Assembly: GCF_000150275.1 (NCBI RefSeq)
Contig: NW_002060948.1
Span: 4,042,759 to 4,106,758 of the forward strand
Length of the DNA stretch: 64,000 nt
From: Trichoplax adhaerens
Taxonomy: Eukaryota; Animalia; Placozoa
Reading direction: 5' to 3'
The notes under the pieces are model-generated. The model had not been told where the DNA came from, did not search any database, and worked only from the letters and a program-made list of their open reading frames with translations. How positions within the stretch are numbered: position 1 is the first letter of the stretch; each line of letters begins with the position of its first letter. Both the position numbers and the translations under genes were made by a program. This document shows, piece by piece, positions 13,501 through 24,762 of the stretch.

Positions 13501-16500
13501 GACAGTTCACAAGTCGAAGATTACTAGCTAATGTAAAATTGATAGTTTGGAATTATTGAGCATGCTTGAAAGGCTAAAGATTGCTAATGAAGATTGCCAT
13601 AGCTCAGTTTTTCTGAGCTTAAGTTGGAATAATGTCTTTGAATATTTATTATTTACGATTGTATAGCTACATAAATGTTTGTTAATTCTAAATAAATAGG
13701 CTTAAATATTTGTAGACAGATACGGAGACCGATGATGATGATCCACATATCAATTTTTAGATTTTAATGGAAAAGATATACTTTGATTACAAGGTTATGC
13801 AAGAGTTTACGGCAAGTCTAGACAATGACTGTTTAATTTTAAAATGATAATGTCGATATAGACATCAACAAAAGTCTTACCAGTTGAGATGTAATATCTT
13901 GAATTGATTTCCTCTGATCTTCTAGCTTTTGACGAACAGTTTTTAACTCATCCTTTAATTTATCGCTGTAAGATTAAAAAAAATCAAGTAATCAGTCAAG
14001 TAACCAGCTAAATTAGTCAAGTTTTATTCTATTTTCTCAGTACTTTCAATAAGAATTATAGCATTGATATCGTAAAAAAGAAAGCAATAAATTCAAATAA
14101 TAGTTCATGACCGGAATTTGAGAGATTCTAAAAACGTACTTGTCCGCTTTAACCTTATTTGTTACTTCTCTTTCTTTATCGATATCCAACAATAGAGTTG
14201 ATTTTGTTTGATTTAAAATCTGGCATTGTTCAGTATATTTCTCTTGCAATAAGGCTCTATCTTTATCTAGTGTTTGCTGGTATGATTTTTTAATCTCAAA
14301 CTTTAGCTTGGATTCTTCATCAAGTTTTTGCTTGAGCGTATCAAATTCGCGACTTAGTTTGTCAAAATTTTGCTTTGAAATTAAAAAAAAACGGATTTAA
14401 GAAATTAAATATTGGAATACGATCATAAAATAAAGCAAAACATTAATCAACGATATTTCTAAACAGCAAACTATTATTACCTGGCTTCTTGAAGATAAAT
14501 CTTCAAGTCTAGCATTTTCTTTACGAATTGTATCTGATTCCTTTTTGACTGTAACTAATTCAGTCATTAAATTCTAATAATATTGATGACAAGAGTTAAT
14601 TACTCGTATGATTCCTTCTAAGTACTATATTCTTAATCTAAGGATAGATATGTGTAGTTGACAATCAACACTTTAGAATATGAGTAGAACGGGGTTTGAA
14701 TATAAAGGGATTTTAAATCGTATTCAGGTATTGAATTACATTTTTATCTTTGGTTAAGTCTTTTATGCTGTTTTCCGTAACATCTAGATCAAAGTTAACA
14801 TAATATAGGTCAGTTACAGTCATAAAAAGGATTTAGCAATTTTTATCAATATTTGATAAGTAAAGATTTTAGTTTGCAATAGATTTAGCTGTGATCGTCT
14901 TGAGTAATGATGTGATATGATTATAGGTGATACTAACTTTATCAATTCTATTAAATGAGCTAGATATTCCATTATAAAATGGTCTGTAATAGTGGTTATT
15001 ACCATACCTCGTTGTTGCTTTTCTTTATTAACATGTTTCAGTAATTCATCATACTTTTCGACAGCTTGATCACGAGCAGCTCTAGTATCAATCAACTCTT
15101 TTTTTAATACTTCACAATTAGTATTTACATCACCAATATACAGCCTGTTCTTATCGACCGAATGCTCCATTTCCTTAACTCTAGTTAATAAGTCTTGATA
15201 GGATTCTTCAGTTTCTGTTCGAAGATGCATTTCTTGAGCTAGTTCTCTTTTGACCTGCAAGAGATTTATTATGGTATTTAGACATGTTGGGTTAACCGAG
15301 ATTTCATATTCTAATATTAAATCAAATGTATACTACGTTATACCTTTGATTTGGTATTTATTTTCAGATTCAGCATTATAGTAATATATTTGATATCTAT
15401 CTGTTTCCATTTTTAACTTAATGATAATTTATTATCGTATTACAATTATAGGCGCTTATTATGTTTCATTTGGTGGATAAATTGACAGTCAATAGACATC
15501 ACGTCTTCCTTATGGTCTAAATGCGAATTAATATTGTCTCATTTATTTCGATTTTATATTGTAAGATAAAATGTTGATTGTGTATCCTGTTATCATTCTA
15601 ATTTAAAGACGATGTAGTGCCACTATTTAGAATTGCTAATGTCTAGTCGTAGTCCACCTTGTCGTCGTTAATTTGACTTACATAGTCTTGATCCATTCGT
15701 AATTTACGACATAACTAGAAAATTTTTCGCGTATTCGAATTAAATTTAATAAATTAATCATTTACTGTGTTCCAATTTTGAGCTATTAATAATTTTATAT
15801 CCCATTGAGTTTCCATCATATTTAGTATTACCGTCATGTATTAATATTTTTATTTTCATGAATTAAAGCAAATTATACTGTAATATCCTTTGTAATTAAT
15901 TGATAATTTAGTAAGGTTAGCAAGGTGCTACTGATTCAGATTCTTAATTCTATGAAATGAATTGATATGTGTGTTGCTTTTTGGGTAGCTAAAAATTGTA
16001 TCGTGTTTAAGAACCCTAGCAGTTATTTTGATTGAATACTTTGTTGGCAAGTAGAATGTATACTTACGATTTACACTTAGCTTATCGATATTTAATTTGC
16101 TATCGTGTTTAGAATTATTAGCATTTATTCTTATTCCAGTTTTATTCCCGAATAAGTTAATGCCTATTGGGTAATAATTTTGATATGTTGATGATTTAGT
16201 ATCAAAGTATTTACTTAGGTTACAAATTCGACTAATAAACTTATTTGTATAATGTATTCTACATTCGATCATTTCGCAAGAGATATTCTGAAGACAACAG
16301 GCATATACTCAGATTGAATATGCCATCAGCGAATCGAATGTACATTTACGATTTATATTAAACTTGTCGATGCTATTACTGTATATTTACAATTAGGAGC
16401 CTTTACGCTTCAATTAACTATTTATTGTGAATGAATAAATAATGTAATAGTTAATTGATTATACTATTAACCTATTGATGATTTAATATCATAAAGTTTT

Positions 16501-17711
16501 TTAGATTTCGTAGCCTCAATTAAATTTATATAGTTTGCGATATTTCACTTTTAATGGGCTTTTATAATATATATTATGTCAGAAAATACCATTATTTCTT
16601 TAAGGTCTATATTGTATTAATAATTTTAGCAAATTTAATGTCTTGGGTTCTATTTTTGATCTATTGAAGATTAAGAATTTCACTATTCACTAAGGTTCTA
16701 TATTCCATCAATAAATTTACACTTAGAAATGCTAGTGCTTATTTAGAATGAATCATTAATAAATCGAATAGTCTTCCCATTTACTTTTTACCTGCTAACA
16801 ACTTTATATCGTATTTAGAATTATTGACGTTATTTAGATTCCGATTATCATAATTATTGATTGGCCTCCTATTACTGATTTAGTGCGATATTATATTTAG
16901 AGATGTTCTATACTGCATTAATAAACTTGATCTCCATTTCACGTTATGCATTGAATCTTTAGCTCATTTACTATCTATCAGGTATACATAGGAAGATTAA
17001 TATTTAATTATTATTCAAAATTTATGTTGTAGAAATAAATGGAATATCAATTAAAGGATCATCCACTGTAACGCAATAGATTTGACGATGAGGGTTGATT
17101 GGAATAAATATAAAGCATTTTTTGGAAATGATCCAGCTTACCTCGGCTAATCTCTTCATGGTGCGCATATTTGTAATTTTGATCTCTTCAAGTTCATTGG
17201 CCAAGTTTAATTTAGCCACGTTAGCTACTTCTAATGCCGCTCGCATCCTTTGAATGCCATCTTGTGCAGTTTGACGAGTATCAATTGCTAGTTTGCATTC
17301 CTGACGATAGCGGGATAATTCTTTAGTTAGTCGCTTTATTTCTTCATCATGGCGTTGTGCATCTTCTAAATGGAGGCCCCCATCGCGCCTTATTTTTTCA
17401 GCTTCTAGTGAGCATAAATTCAACTTGATGGATTGGATAGAACTTTCTAAATGGCATACTCTACCCACTAATTTCTCATAATCTTTCATTAATGCACTAT
17501 TATCGTAATGGTTAGGTTGATCGGCACGAAAAGGTGGAATAGGATGATGTTGGCTTGCAGCTTTATCCGACATTTTATTGATTGCAGTCCATTTCGACAG
17601 CTGCTTCATGACATCTTGCGTTTCAAATTCAGCAGAATCTAATCGATTGTGTAATAATCGAAGATTTTGACTGGCTGGTGATTCTGGCATATTTTTTCCC
17701 ACTTTACTCAT
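7517..17711 (-). CDS. CCDC150: Coiled-coil domain-containing protein 150-like (about 20 exons)
   Basis: First coding exon 17711-17142 has LMKDYEKLVGRVCHLESSIQSIKLNLCSLEAEK, similar to the CCDC150 N-terminal block as I recall it ([33 protein letters not shown]). Many E/K/Q/L heptad exons with GT-AG ends follow. Last exon EESSRQIDLIASELMDIKQASLNY*, stop at 7517-7519. Confidence 0.75.
11423..12130. repeat. Intronic tandem repeat, 4 diverged copies of ~181-188 bp
   Basis: Recurring AAATAAAGCAAGTGCTACATGAAGTTATATAAATCACAAGC..AACTATCGAAG near 11423, 11611, 11798 and 11979. Confidence 0.9.
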
Positions 17712-17841
17712 AATTCCTCTTTTGCTGCTAATAGCTTGGATAATCCAAACCTACACGCAATAAAACGACCAATAATTTTGTCAACAAAAATAGAGCAAGG
17801 CTAACATTCTCCTGTACCAAGCTCAATTTAAATTAACTGCC

Positions 17842-17855
17842 GTTTCCGTAGAAAC
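17842..17855. promoter_or_regulatory. RFX X-box-like element upstream of CCDC150-like gene
   Basis: GTTTCCGTAGAAAC, a near-palindrome fitting the X-box pattern (GTTGCCATGGCAAC type), 130 bp upstream of the ATG. Confidence 0.6.
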
Positions 17856-18196
17856 TACTAGTAAAAAGCCTTAATTCTATAGAACAGCGTCTGTCTGGCT
17901 TATAATTTTATACAGAAATTTTAAGGGCGAGCATGCGTAGGCTTGATGAAGAAAGCATACTGTAGGTAATAAGATTCATGACGTCAAGATGGAGAATTAT
18001 TCCAATCTCCAGATATTATAATAGCAGTAAAACAATGAATTGCTAGGCTTAATATTATTGCTTGAATGAAGTTGTACAGAGTAAGTTTATTATAGCGAAT
18101 AAGATTACTTTACAAATTATTCTACTTGAAAAGTGTTAAATATCTATCAATTTCTCACTTGATGTGGACTGCTATGTGTAGGCACAACTCGATTGA

Positions 18197-18730
18197 ACTA
18201 GTTAAGCATCGGAATACTATCCAACTCCACGCTGTATAATGAAACACATCTTATATGGGCTATTTCTAAACACATATAAGTCTACATAACACCATATTAG
18301 ACTACAATATTACATCATAATACGGCGGTAGCACTACGTATTAGTTATGCATAAGTACACGCGTATATAAACTAGTGAAGCATGGAAATACTATCCAACA
18401 CCACGCTATATAATGAAACACATCTTCTATAGGCTATTTTGAAACACATGTAAATCTACATAATACTATGTTAGACTAGAATATGACATCATAATATGGC
18501 GGTAGCACTACATATTAGTGAGGCATAAATATACGCGTATTCATAACCAGTTGAGCATCGAAATTCTATCCAACTCCACGCTATATAAAGAAACACATCT
18601 TCTAAGGCTATTTCTAACACATGTACGTAAAATTTACAAAATATCACGTTAGACTACAATATTACATCGTAATATGGCGGTAGCACTACATATTAGTGAG
18701 GCTTAAATATATGCAAATATATAACTAGTT
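18197..18730. repeat. Tandem repeat, 3 copies of ~175 bp
   Basis: ACTAGT..CTATCCAACTCCACGCTATATAATGAAACACATC..GGCGGTAGCACTAC repeated near 18197, 18371 and 18546. Confidence 0.9.
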
Positions 18731-18732
18731 AA

Positions 18733-19290
18733 TCTTACTATAGAATAATTAATTTCTATACCGTTATTGAGAATCAATTATAAATTAAGAGATTAAAAAG
18801 AGACACTTAAACATACTGAATTTTCACGATTTTCTTACTTTCTGTCTTACTATAGAATATTTAATTTCAATACCGTTCTGGAGAACAAATTAAATACCCG
18901 TATGGAATTATAAATTATAAAATTATCAAGAAGATACTTAAATATACTGAATATCTATTTATTTTCTTACTTTCTATCTTACGATGGAGTATCGTAGTTA
19001 ATTTTAATGCCGTTACGGAGAATAAATTAAATATAGAATCATAAATTATAAGATTATCAAGAGGATGTCTAAACATACTAAATATTCATTCGTTTACTAA
19101 CTTTCTGTCTTACCTTAGAATAATTAGTTTCGATACCGTATTGGAGAATAAATGGAATATGCAATTATAAATGTAAGACTATTAAGGAGATTCTATCATT
19201 CTTCTTTGCTTTTCTACCTTACCTTGCAATATGTAATTGCGATACTGTAATGGAGAATAAGTGGATTATACAGCCATGACCTTTATTATC
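18733..19290. repeat. Diverged tandem repeat, 4-5 copies of ~110-135 bp
   Basis: TCTTACTATAGAATA..ATACCGTT..GAGAA..AAACATACTGAAT recurring near 18733, 18845, 18977, 19108 and 19219. Confidence 0.8.
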
Positions 19291-19968
19291 ATCAAGGAGG
19301 TATTTGACATTATGGAAATAAGTTAATTTTGGAGCCATGACTTTTAAGATCACCCGTGCATAACTTAATTTTAAAATACACGTATATCCAATTGTTTTCT
19401 CACTTAGTGCGAGCTTCCTTTCTCGCGTAGTGTAGTTTAGAATATGCGATGGATAGAAAGGATATTATTTTCTGCCTTGCTTGGTAATGAGTGGTTTTTA
19501 AACAGTCGTGAAAAACAAGTTTGTACCGAAGCTATAGTGATAAGATCTTTTTGAAAGACATTAAAAGTACTCACATTAATCTATTTCTTAACAAATAGCA
19601 ACGTGCGGTATTATATTTGTATATCTAGGTATTCTTCCGTTTTATACTGTATCGTCGCAATTGATTCAATACAGTCATAAGAAGAAGAATTTAATGAGGT
19701 CACGATAGATTAGATAGCTGTAACAAATAGTATTTCAAATTTTCTTTCATTAAAACAAAATTTCACTTTTATAGTTTACGAAAATAAGTTTAATTATTGA
19801 AGGCGGTAGCGGTTATTAGTATAGGAAGTTATCTATTGCAATTATCAGTGCTGTAGCAACAGTGTTAAAAAATTATTTGTATACAACAAATCATAAAGAA
19901 AAGAAAATTTCCATCATAAAATGGATTGTGATATAACTATTAGCTGCAGCGAAAGGGTTGCAAGAGGA

Positions 19969-20567
19969 TGTTACGCAGCCAAGCACCGTACATATTAATG
20001 AAGTAGATTTCGTTATATAGCTAATGGCAATACGCTAAACAGTAATTATGAATATTAATCGTGTATAGTTTAGCTAGATAACCAAGCGTGTTCTGAATTT
20101 AATTAGTATAATCTTTATAGATACTAATATTGACGGCGTCACCTTAGCACTCGCCGCGAAGTTCGAGTAACGTGCTGAACCTCGTTCGCTTAATTGGCTA
20201 TTTATTAGTTATTGCCAATTAAAGTTGTATACTAGTTGTACCTATAGCAAACTATGTAGTTTACTATAGGTTGTTTCCCTATACGAACCATGTATATGTT
20301 TTGTTGTTAAATTACTATGTGCGCACCACAAGTTCGGTGGTAGGCTATAAAAGGAGGAGCGAATGCTCAGCTCCTCAGTTCGTGATTAGATAGCGTTTCG
20401 CTTACTCTATTAATTAATAAAACTATACTAAACTCTTGGAACAATCTTATCCCTATGTGGTCGTAAGTCGTATAGGACTACCATACAGTAGACCTCCAGG
20501 TGTAATGGAGGTAAGAATAAGTAATTTATTCGTTCAGGGTAGTAGTTCGCAAGTTAAATTTGTGACA
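19969..20567 (+). mobile_element. Candidate solo LTR (599 bp)
   Basis: Ends TGTTAC...GTGACA (TG..CA, imperfect inverted repeat), flanked by GAGGA (19964-19968) and GAAGA (20568-20572), a 4/5 match as a putative 5-bp TSD. Internal TATAAAAG at 20346, TCAGTT initiator at 20375-20380 and AATAAA at 20416 lie in U3-R-U5 order. Confidence 0.6.
20346..20380 (+). promoter_or_regulatory. TATA box plus initiator core promoter inside the candidate LTR
   Basis: TATAAAAG begins 31 nt upstream of the A in TCAGTT, the canonical spacing. Confidence 0.6.
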
Positions 20568-21458
20568 GAAGAGTATACGCTTATTTTTTTCAGTCTGAAA
20601 GCAAGTTTTGTTACATACAGTATAGTATTCTTAATGGACGTGCGCAAATACAATACGAGAATTTTTAGAAGATCTTTGAGGCAATTCTTGATCTAGCTAA
20701 AAGATGGTAAACTAATATGTTATTACCTCTTTTACGCACATCTTAAATTGTTAAGAGTCTAAGTTGCAGATAGCAGAGAAAAGAATGGCTAAACCGTTTT
20801 GGGAATAACTTTGAGTCACGGATTGGTCACTTTCTCATCCATAGAGGATTAATGATAAGATTTGCAATGTAAAGATAAGTTTATTTCATTCGTAATATGA
20901 AAGCCTTACATCCTTTTAGAGAAGATAAATTATAATTTAATGCTAAAGTTTTCGTTATCGAAAGCAGTATGCATTCACTATTCCCCATCATCAATTGAAG
21001 ATGCAATTAAGGTAATTGGTAAACATTGCTATCAAGGGCTAAAGGCACAAAATTAACTTGATCACTATCACACGAGTATGAGCAGAATTGATCCGCCATA
21101 ACTGTTGTCAAGCCTACGATAAGAAAATTTATCATTGGCTTGGATTAACATAACTTACGGTTACAAATTAGATTCTAATCAAGTTCAAGAATTACCATTC
21201 TACTCTATCACTCATTTCTATTCATGACATCTACATAAGATATGTATTACTATTATTACAATAATAATTTTACACTGATCAATGATATAATCAAGTGGAA
21301 AAGTTCCAATTTTACTTGCTAGTAAGGTAGGTGTTACGAGAAAAAGTTAAGAAGGAAGCAAGGTTACCCAATTTACTTGGTTCGATTAAAAAAATAGACA
21401 CATGTTATACCATCCAATCATCCATGTCCATCATGCTAAGATGTTTTAGCTTACAATT

Positions 21459-23154
21459 TTAGTTGGATAGTGTGTGTACATCAAATTGATATTCTCCAAG
21501 ACCGTTCCCAACTCTAGTTAATTGACCGATATGATCAGAGAGAGTTTTAATTATTCCAACTGATTCGCTCAGTAAATGGGATTCGATCCAATCACTTAAT
21601 TGTGGATCGGAGTGAGAGTCGGTGATGACATGAAAATCGAGAGCGGCTTGATTGTATTTCTTTTCTAGATCCAGAGCATGTTTCATCGAGTCTACACATG
21701 AGCCAAATTCTGATTTCTCCGGTTTGGTAATATCCATAAGGACGATACGTCCACCGCGAGTATTTTGCAAACTTAGCAGTTTTTCCAGAGTTTCTCTCTT
21801 TTCGCAAGCGCAATGTTTGAAAAATTTGGTCATGTTGGGTAGGTTGATGTCATCACGATTAAAATAGAAAGCCTACAATCCAATGAAAAGAATAATATGA
21901 TTAGGCTGCAGAATTGAAACGATCTACTGTAGTAGTTACAATTAAAGGAATGAATGGTCAATATCGTCATTGCGAGTATTGATCGTAGTAAAAGGAGTAA
22001 TAATATTGTATTGACTATCCGTGAGAGATACTGTTCGTATATGGTTACTGTCTATCAATAACTCGTCGATGATAGTGTTATAATTTACTGTATTTCGGCG
22101 GATATTGATTAATTTTATTTGATGACTTGCTGTCAAACAATGATCATGAATCAATTGCCTCCTACACGTAATTTAGTAATCAAAATTTAATCTGTTGAAG
22201 TGGTCATGAAGTCAAATACGTCGGTAGAAAGAGTAAGGGTACCGTCCAAGACAATGATAGTTGATGAAATGGAATTGATTCGATTATCCTTACTGTCCAT
22301 GGCTATTCCATTGTATCAATTTACTACTGTACTCAAGTAGAATCCCGTTAGTTAAGTTAATAAACGAGTAGTCTGAAAAGCGATTCAACACTGTATCTAC
22401 GGCTGATTCTATTCAGGGATGAAGGTGTTGGCATTTTCTTGTAACGAGATCGAAAAAGAGTTTGCTACTTAACGAGTCATAACTACAAGTTCAACATAGT
22501 AAAGTAATTCGGAAATTTCTACTTGACAACACCAGAATAGAAAGCATGAAATAATATTACTGATTGAATGGTGAACATGTTCGAGGGTCGAATTTTACCG
22601 AAGCGGTTTTCTTCATTTACCCCATTCCATGACTCAATATACCGTACAGTACTACTAGTAGGTGTAATCGATCGATTTATTGACAAATATGGAAGCCATT
22701 GATCGCGTAATTAGTCCATGTTGGAAATTTTTGTTAGGGGAAGGCGGCTTGTACAGTACTGGTCTTGCTGATCAATATGGGTCCGATATTGATTTTTCTC
22801 AATGGTTATGAACATTTTATTTTTCACTAGGCAACCGATCTTCAATGCCATTTTTCAATCGATCGCGTAATTAGTTAATGTTGGAAATCTTTTTTAGGGG
22901 AAAGCGGCTTGTACTGGTCTTGCTGATCAATATGGGTCCGATATTGATTTTTCTCAAAGGTTATCAACATTTTATGTTTCACTAGGCAACCGATCTTCAA
23001 TGCCATTTTTCAATTTTTTTTCAAGCAATTGTACACCATATCAATCATGACTTACCATTGCCATATAGACGTATTCGTAGTTTAGGGTAAGATTAATTAA
23101 TTTATTGAGAGTAGCTTCTGATTCTGCATGAAAATTTTGTCGAGGTAAAGCCAT
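21459..23154 (-). CDS. Ferritin subunit, 170 aa, 2 exons, ferroxidase centre degenerate
   Basis: Exon 1 23154-23056 (MALPRQNFHAESEATLNKLINLTLNYEYVYMAM|gtaag). Exon 2 21872-21459 (AFYFNRDD..LQNTRGGRI..ALDLEKKYNQ..DPQLSDWIE..GLGEYQFDVHTL). The intron is at the position of vertebrate ferritin intron 1. Confidence 0.95.
22701..23014. repeat. Direct duplication (~160 bp x2) in the ferritin intron
   Basis: GATCGCGTAATTAG..GGCAACCGATCTTCAATGCCATTTTTCAAT at 22701-22859 and 22861-23014. Confidence 0.95.
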
Positions 23155-23226
23155 GGCGGAGCACTAAGCAAATCTTGTCGGAGAGTCAAGATGGACGCAG
23201 CTCAAGGACTGGAAGAAGAAAGCAAG

Positions 23227-23244
23227 TGAGTCAGGTTGACGTCA
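23227..23244. promoter_or_regulatory. Adjacent AP-1 (TGAGTCA) and CRE (TGACGTCA) sites upstream of ferritin
   Basis: TGAGTCA at 23227-23233 and TGACGTCA at 23237-23244, 73-90 nt upstream of the ATG. A second CRE lies at 23714-23721. Confidence 0.55.
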
Positions 23245-23356
23245 GCTTGAAGAAGTGATAGCCGGTACGGTACCAGTACAGTGTCCGATTACGGTGCTGT
23301 TCTCTGTCCGAATGTCCGTGGTACAGTGTAAAGCTACAGTACACTGTACAGTACTG

Positions 23357-23631
23357 TACAGTGTACAGTACAATGTGATTAATTTGATGGCTACCCTTCG
23401 TTCAAAATCAAAGTCGTATGCCGTTGAAATTGCTGTCTAGTATTTATTTATATACTGTATACCCGTAGAAGGATATCTCCCAAGATAGATTATCATGATA
23501 ACATCAACGTACTATGTCAATATAATACAGTGCTATACAGTGTACAGTACAATCGGATTATTTTGATGGCAACCCTTCGTTCAAAAATCAAAGTCGTATG
23601 CCGTTGAAATCCTTGTATCATATTTATATAC
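23357..23631. repeat. Direct repeat (~100 bp x2, period 179) upstream of ferritin
   Basis: TACAGTGTACAGTACAAT..TTTGATGGC.ACCCTTCGTTCAAAATCAAAGTCGTATGCCGTTGAAAT at 23357 and 23536. Confidence 0.9.
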
Positions 23632-24762
23632 CGCACTATACTATTGACCGCAGTACAATAGCATCAGTCTCAATTTAGTATTAGTATCCACGGCTGTCAA
23701 GTCGGCCTAGCAGTGACGTCATGGATTCTAAGCCCACAAGGGCCAATAAATAATTTTTGGGGGAAAATCGTTTGATGCCTGGCTTTTATTTTTCAAAATA
23801 TAAACACTTATTATATTGATTGCTGGCCGTATTACAGGAGTCGAATCAACATCGATATCCAATTTCCTATGTATAAAATACGAATCTATACAGTCATGTA
23901 CTGTAGATTCGTAGAATGGCAGTCTTCATTGAGCACGTCCGCCACTCAACAAAAGAGAAGTAGCGTATTGTGCAACGAGTCGAACAAAATTGTTGTGGGC
24001 AAGTTCCACTAGTAGCGGCAATCGATGAGATATATTCAAGATATTTTGAATGCACCGGTATCGGGTGATGTCTCCATCTTTCCGTTATCTGTCAAGTATC
24101 TCTCTAAACTGTGACAATTTTGGGGTTGCCAACAGGATTGACAATAAGTAGGTTTATATTTGGATACCACGATGCTGTCATCAAGCCATTCAAAGTACAT
24201 TGAATAACTTGAAGTGAATGGCTCTCATTCACGTACGACAGATGAGAACTTTTTCTACATACATCTCAAAGTCCATGACATAACCACGGACTGCTAAAAA
24301 AAGGAAAGAGAGACAAGTAGCGGCCATTCAGTGCAAAATAATAATGAACGGCTGGCTATTTTTCTGGTCATTCTGCTCTACGCTATCAACGAAACCGTAT
24401 GCCATACTGTACTCAGTGTACTGTACGCTCATTTGGATGGATGGCAAGCACGGACAGTATTAGTGTATCCTTTCAGTCATACAGTTCAATTGAATTGACC
24501 AGTAAAATAACTAGTTTCATCATTTTTTACTTGACTGAATGGCCTTTTCTCACTCACTCCCTTTCCTTTCTTGGAAATCCGTGACATAACAGTACAGTAC
24601 ACTAGGTTAGCTCAGTAGTAGTAGAAAAAGTAATCCATGACTACACCTAGTGACGGTCAAGGCCTTCTTCTGGTACAGGAGTCCTTGTTTTTGACGGTCT
24701 AGTCCATTATTCCTGTTGATAACATCGAGACCGTTTGACATGGCTTAATTTAGAAAGGGAAC

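Noticed and set aside
15928-16272. 114-aa intronic ORF as a nested gene or LRR fragment
   Set aside because: AT-biased composition, no LRR periodicity, and it overlaps degenerate repeats.
20436-20696. 86-aa ORF after the TATA/Inr
   Set aside because: TTG start, no recognisable motif, and it crosses the candidate LTR boundary.
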